The notes under the pieces were generated by a model. That model was not told the DNA's origin and made no database searches. It saw only the letters and a program-made list of their open reading frames with translations. DNA of 64,000 bases from contig CAVYJM010000006.1 of NCBI GenBank assembly GCA_963768855.1, positions 1,063,195-1,127,194 of the forward strand, written 5' to 3'. Below, in pieces: positions 63,503 through 64,000 of this stretch. Numbering within the stretch: position 1 is the stretch's first letter; each line of letters begins with the position of its first letter. Origin of the DNA: an uncultured Thermoplasmata archaeon (GTDB lineage Archaea > Thermoplasmatota > Thermoplasmata > RBG-16-68-12). The position numbers were made by a program, and so were the translations under genes.

Positions 63503-63994
63503 ATGGTAATCAGGACGAAGCCGCCGTTCATTATGCGTGAGACCGAACGAGGCGACGCCTCCGCAATCTTGGCGCTCGCTCAGACTCTCGAGAAGTGGTT
63601 TGGGTCGATCGGCCTTGCCCAAATCGCTCGCGATCTCGAATCTCACCAAGGGTACGTTGCAGCTCGCGAGAGCCGACTCTTGGGCTTCGTGACGTGGACC
63701 CCCGTCGACGAGACGATGGCGGAGCTCTCCTGGATTGGGGTTGCGGAGGATCTGCAGCACGCCGGCGTTGGTACCGCGCTCCTCTCGGCCCTCACTTCGA
63801 GGCTGAGGCGGGAGGGTTTCCACGTTCTTACCGTGTCCACGATTGCCGACAGCTTCGACTTCGAACCCTATGCAGAGACCCGGCGCTTCTACCGGGCCCG
63901 AGGCTTTAGGGACTATCGAGTCGACCCCCGCTATTGGGTCGAAGGCGACGCCCGATACGACCGTCTCGTGTTGCGGCTGGACTTGACCCACTGA
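63503..63994 (+). CDS. GNAT acetyltransferase
   Basis: WIGV...QHAGVGTALL, TRRFYRARGF; GAAAGGTTATGC motif upstream. Confidence 0.85.
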   Translation: MVIRTKPPFIMRETERGDASAILALAQTLEKWFGSIGLAQIARDLESHQGYVAARESRLLGFVTWTPVDETMAELSWIGVAEDLQHAGVGTALLSALTSRLRREGFHVLTVSTIADSFDFEPYAETRRFYRARGFRDYRVDPRYWVEGDARYDRLVLRLDLTH

Positions 63995-64000
63995 CAGGTA

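Overview
GC-rich archaeal chromosomal window. The archaeal rpoK-eno-rps2-MEMO1 gene order, TiaS, deoxyhypusine synthase, Lhr and BRE/TATA promoters support an archaeon; Thermoplasmatota is my inference. An intact backbone (about 8.3-58.9 kb) carries hutH, an intron-containing tRNA-Ile2(CAT), a frameshifted ~1390-aa surface protein, Lhr, rlmE, purM, a CoA-transferase/methylmalonyl-CoA mutase/propionyl-CoA carboxylase cluster, ribA, dys, tiaS, a complete oligopeptide ABC operon and a class III aminotransferase. Two visibly more A/T-rich accessory regions with small genes and pseudogenes flank it (1-8.3 kb and 58.9-64 kb). The strongest oddity is the peptide ABC transporter. Its OppF ATPase carries a 113-aa integral-membrane domain homologous to a stand-alone gene 7.8 kb away. 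Its OppD ATPase carries a coiled-coil insert plus a zinc-ribbon insert at the equivalent site. Other notable features are a BHB intron at position 59/60 of the tRNA T-loop, a surface protein with a cytoplasmic longin/roadblock-like tail next to tandem TTATC-N6-GATAA operators, a coiled-coil protein ending in a degenerate KaiC/RAD55 domain, a NicX-like dioxygenase, an SSG-type MIO triad in HutH, and a repeated 70-bp leader before small membrane genes. All family assignments come from motifs read by eye; no database search was run.
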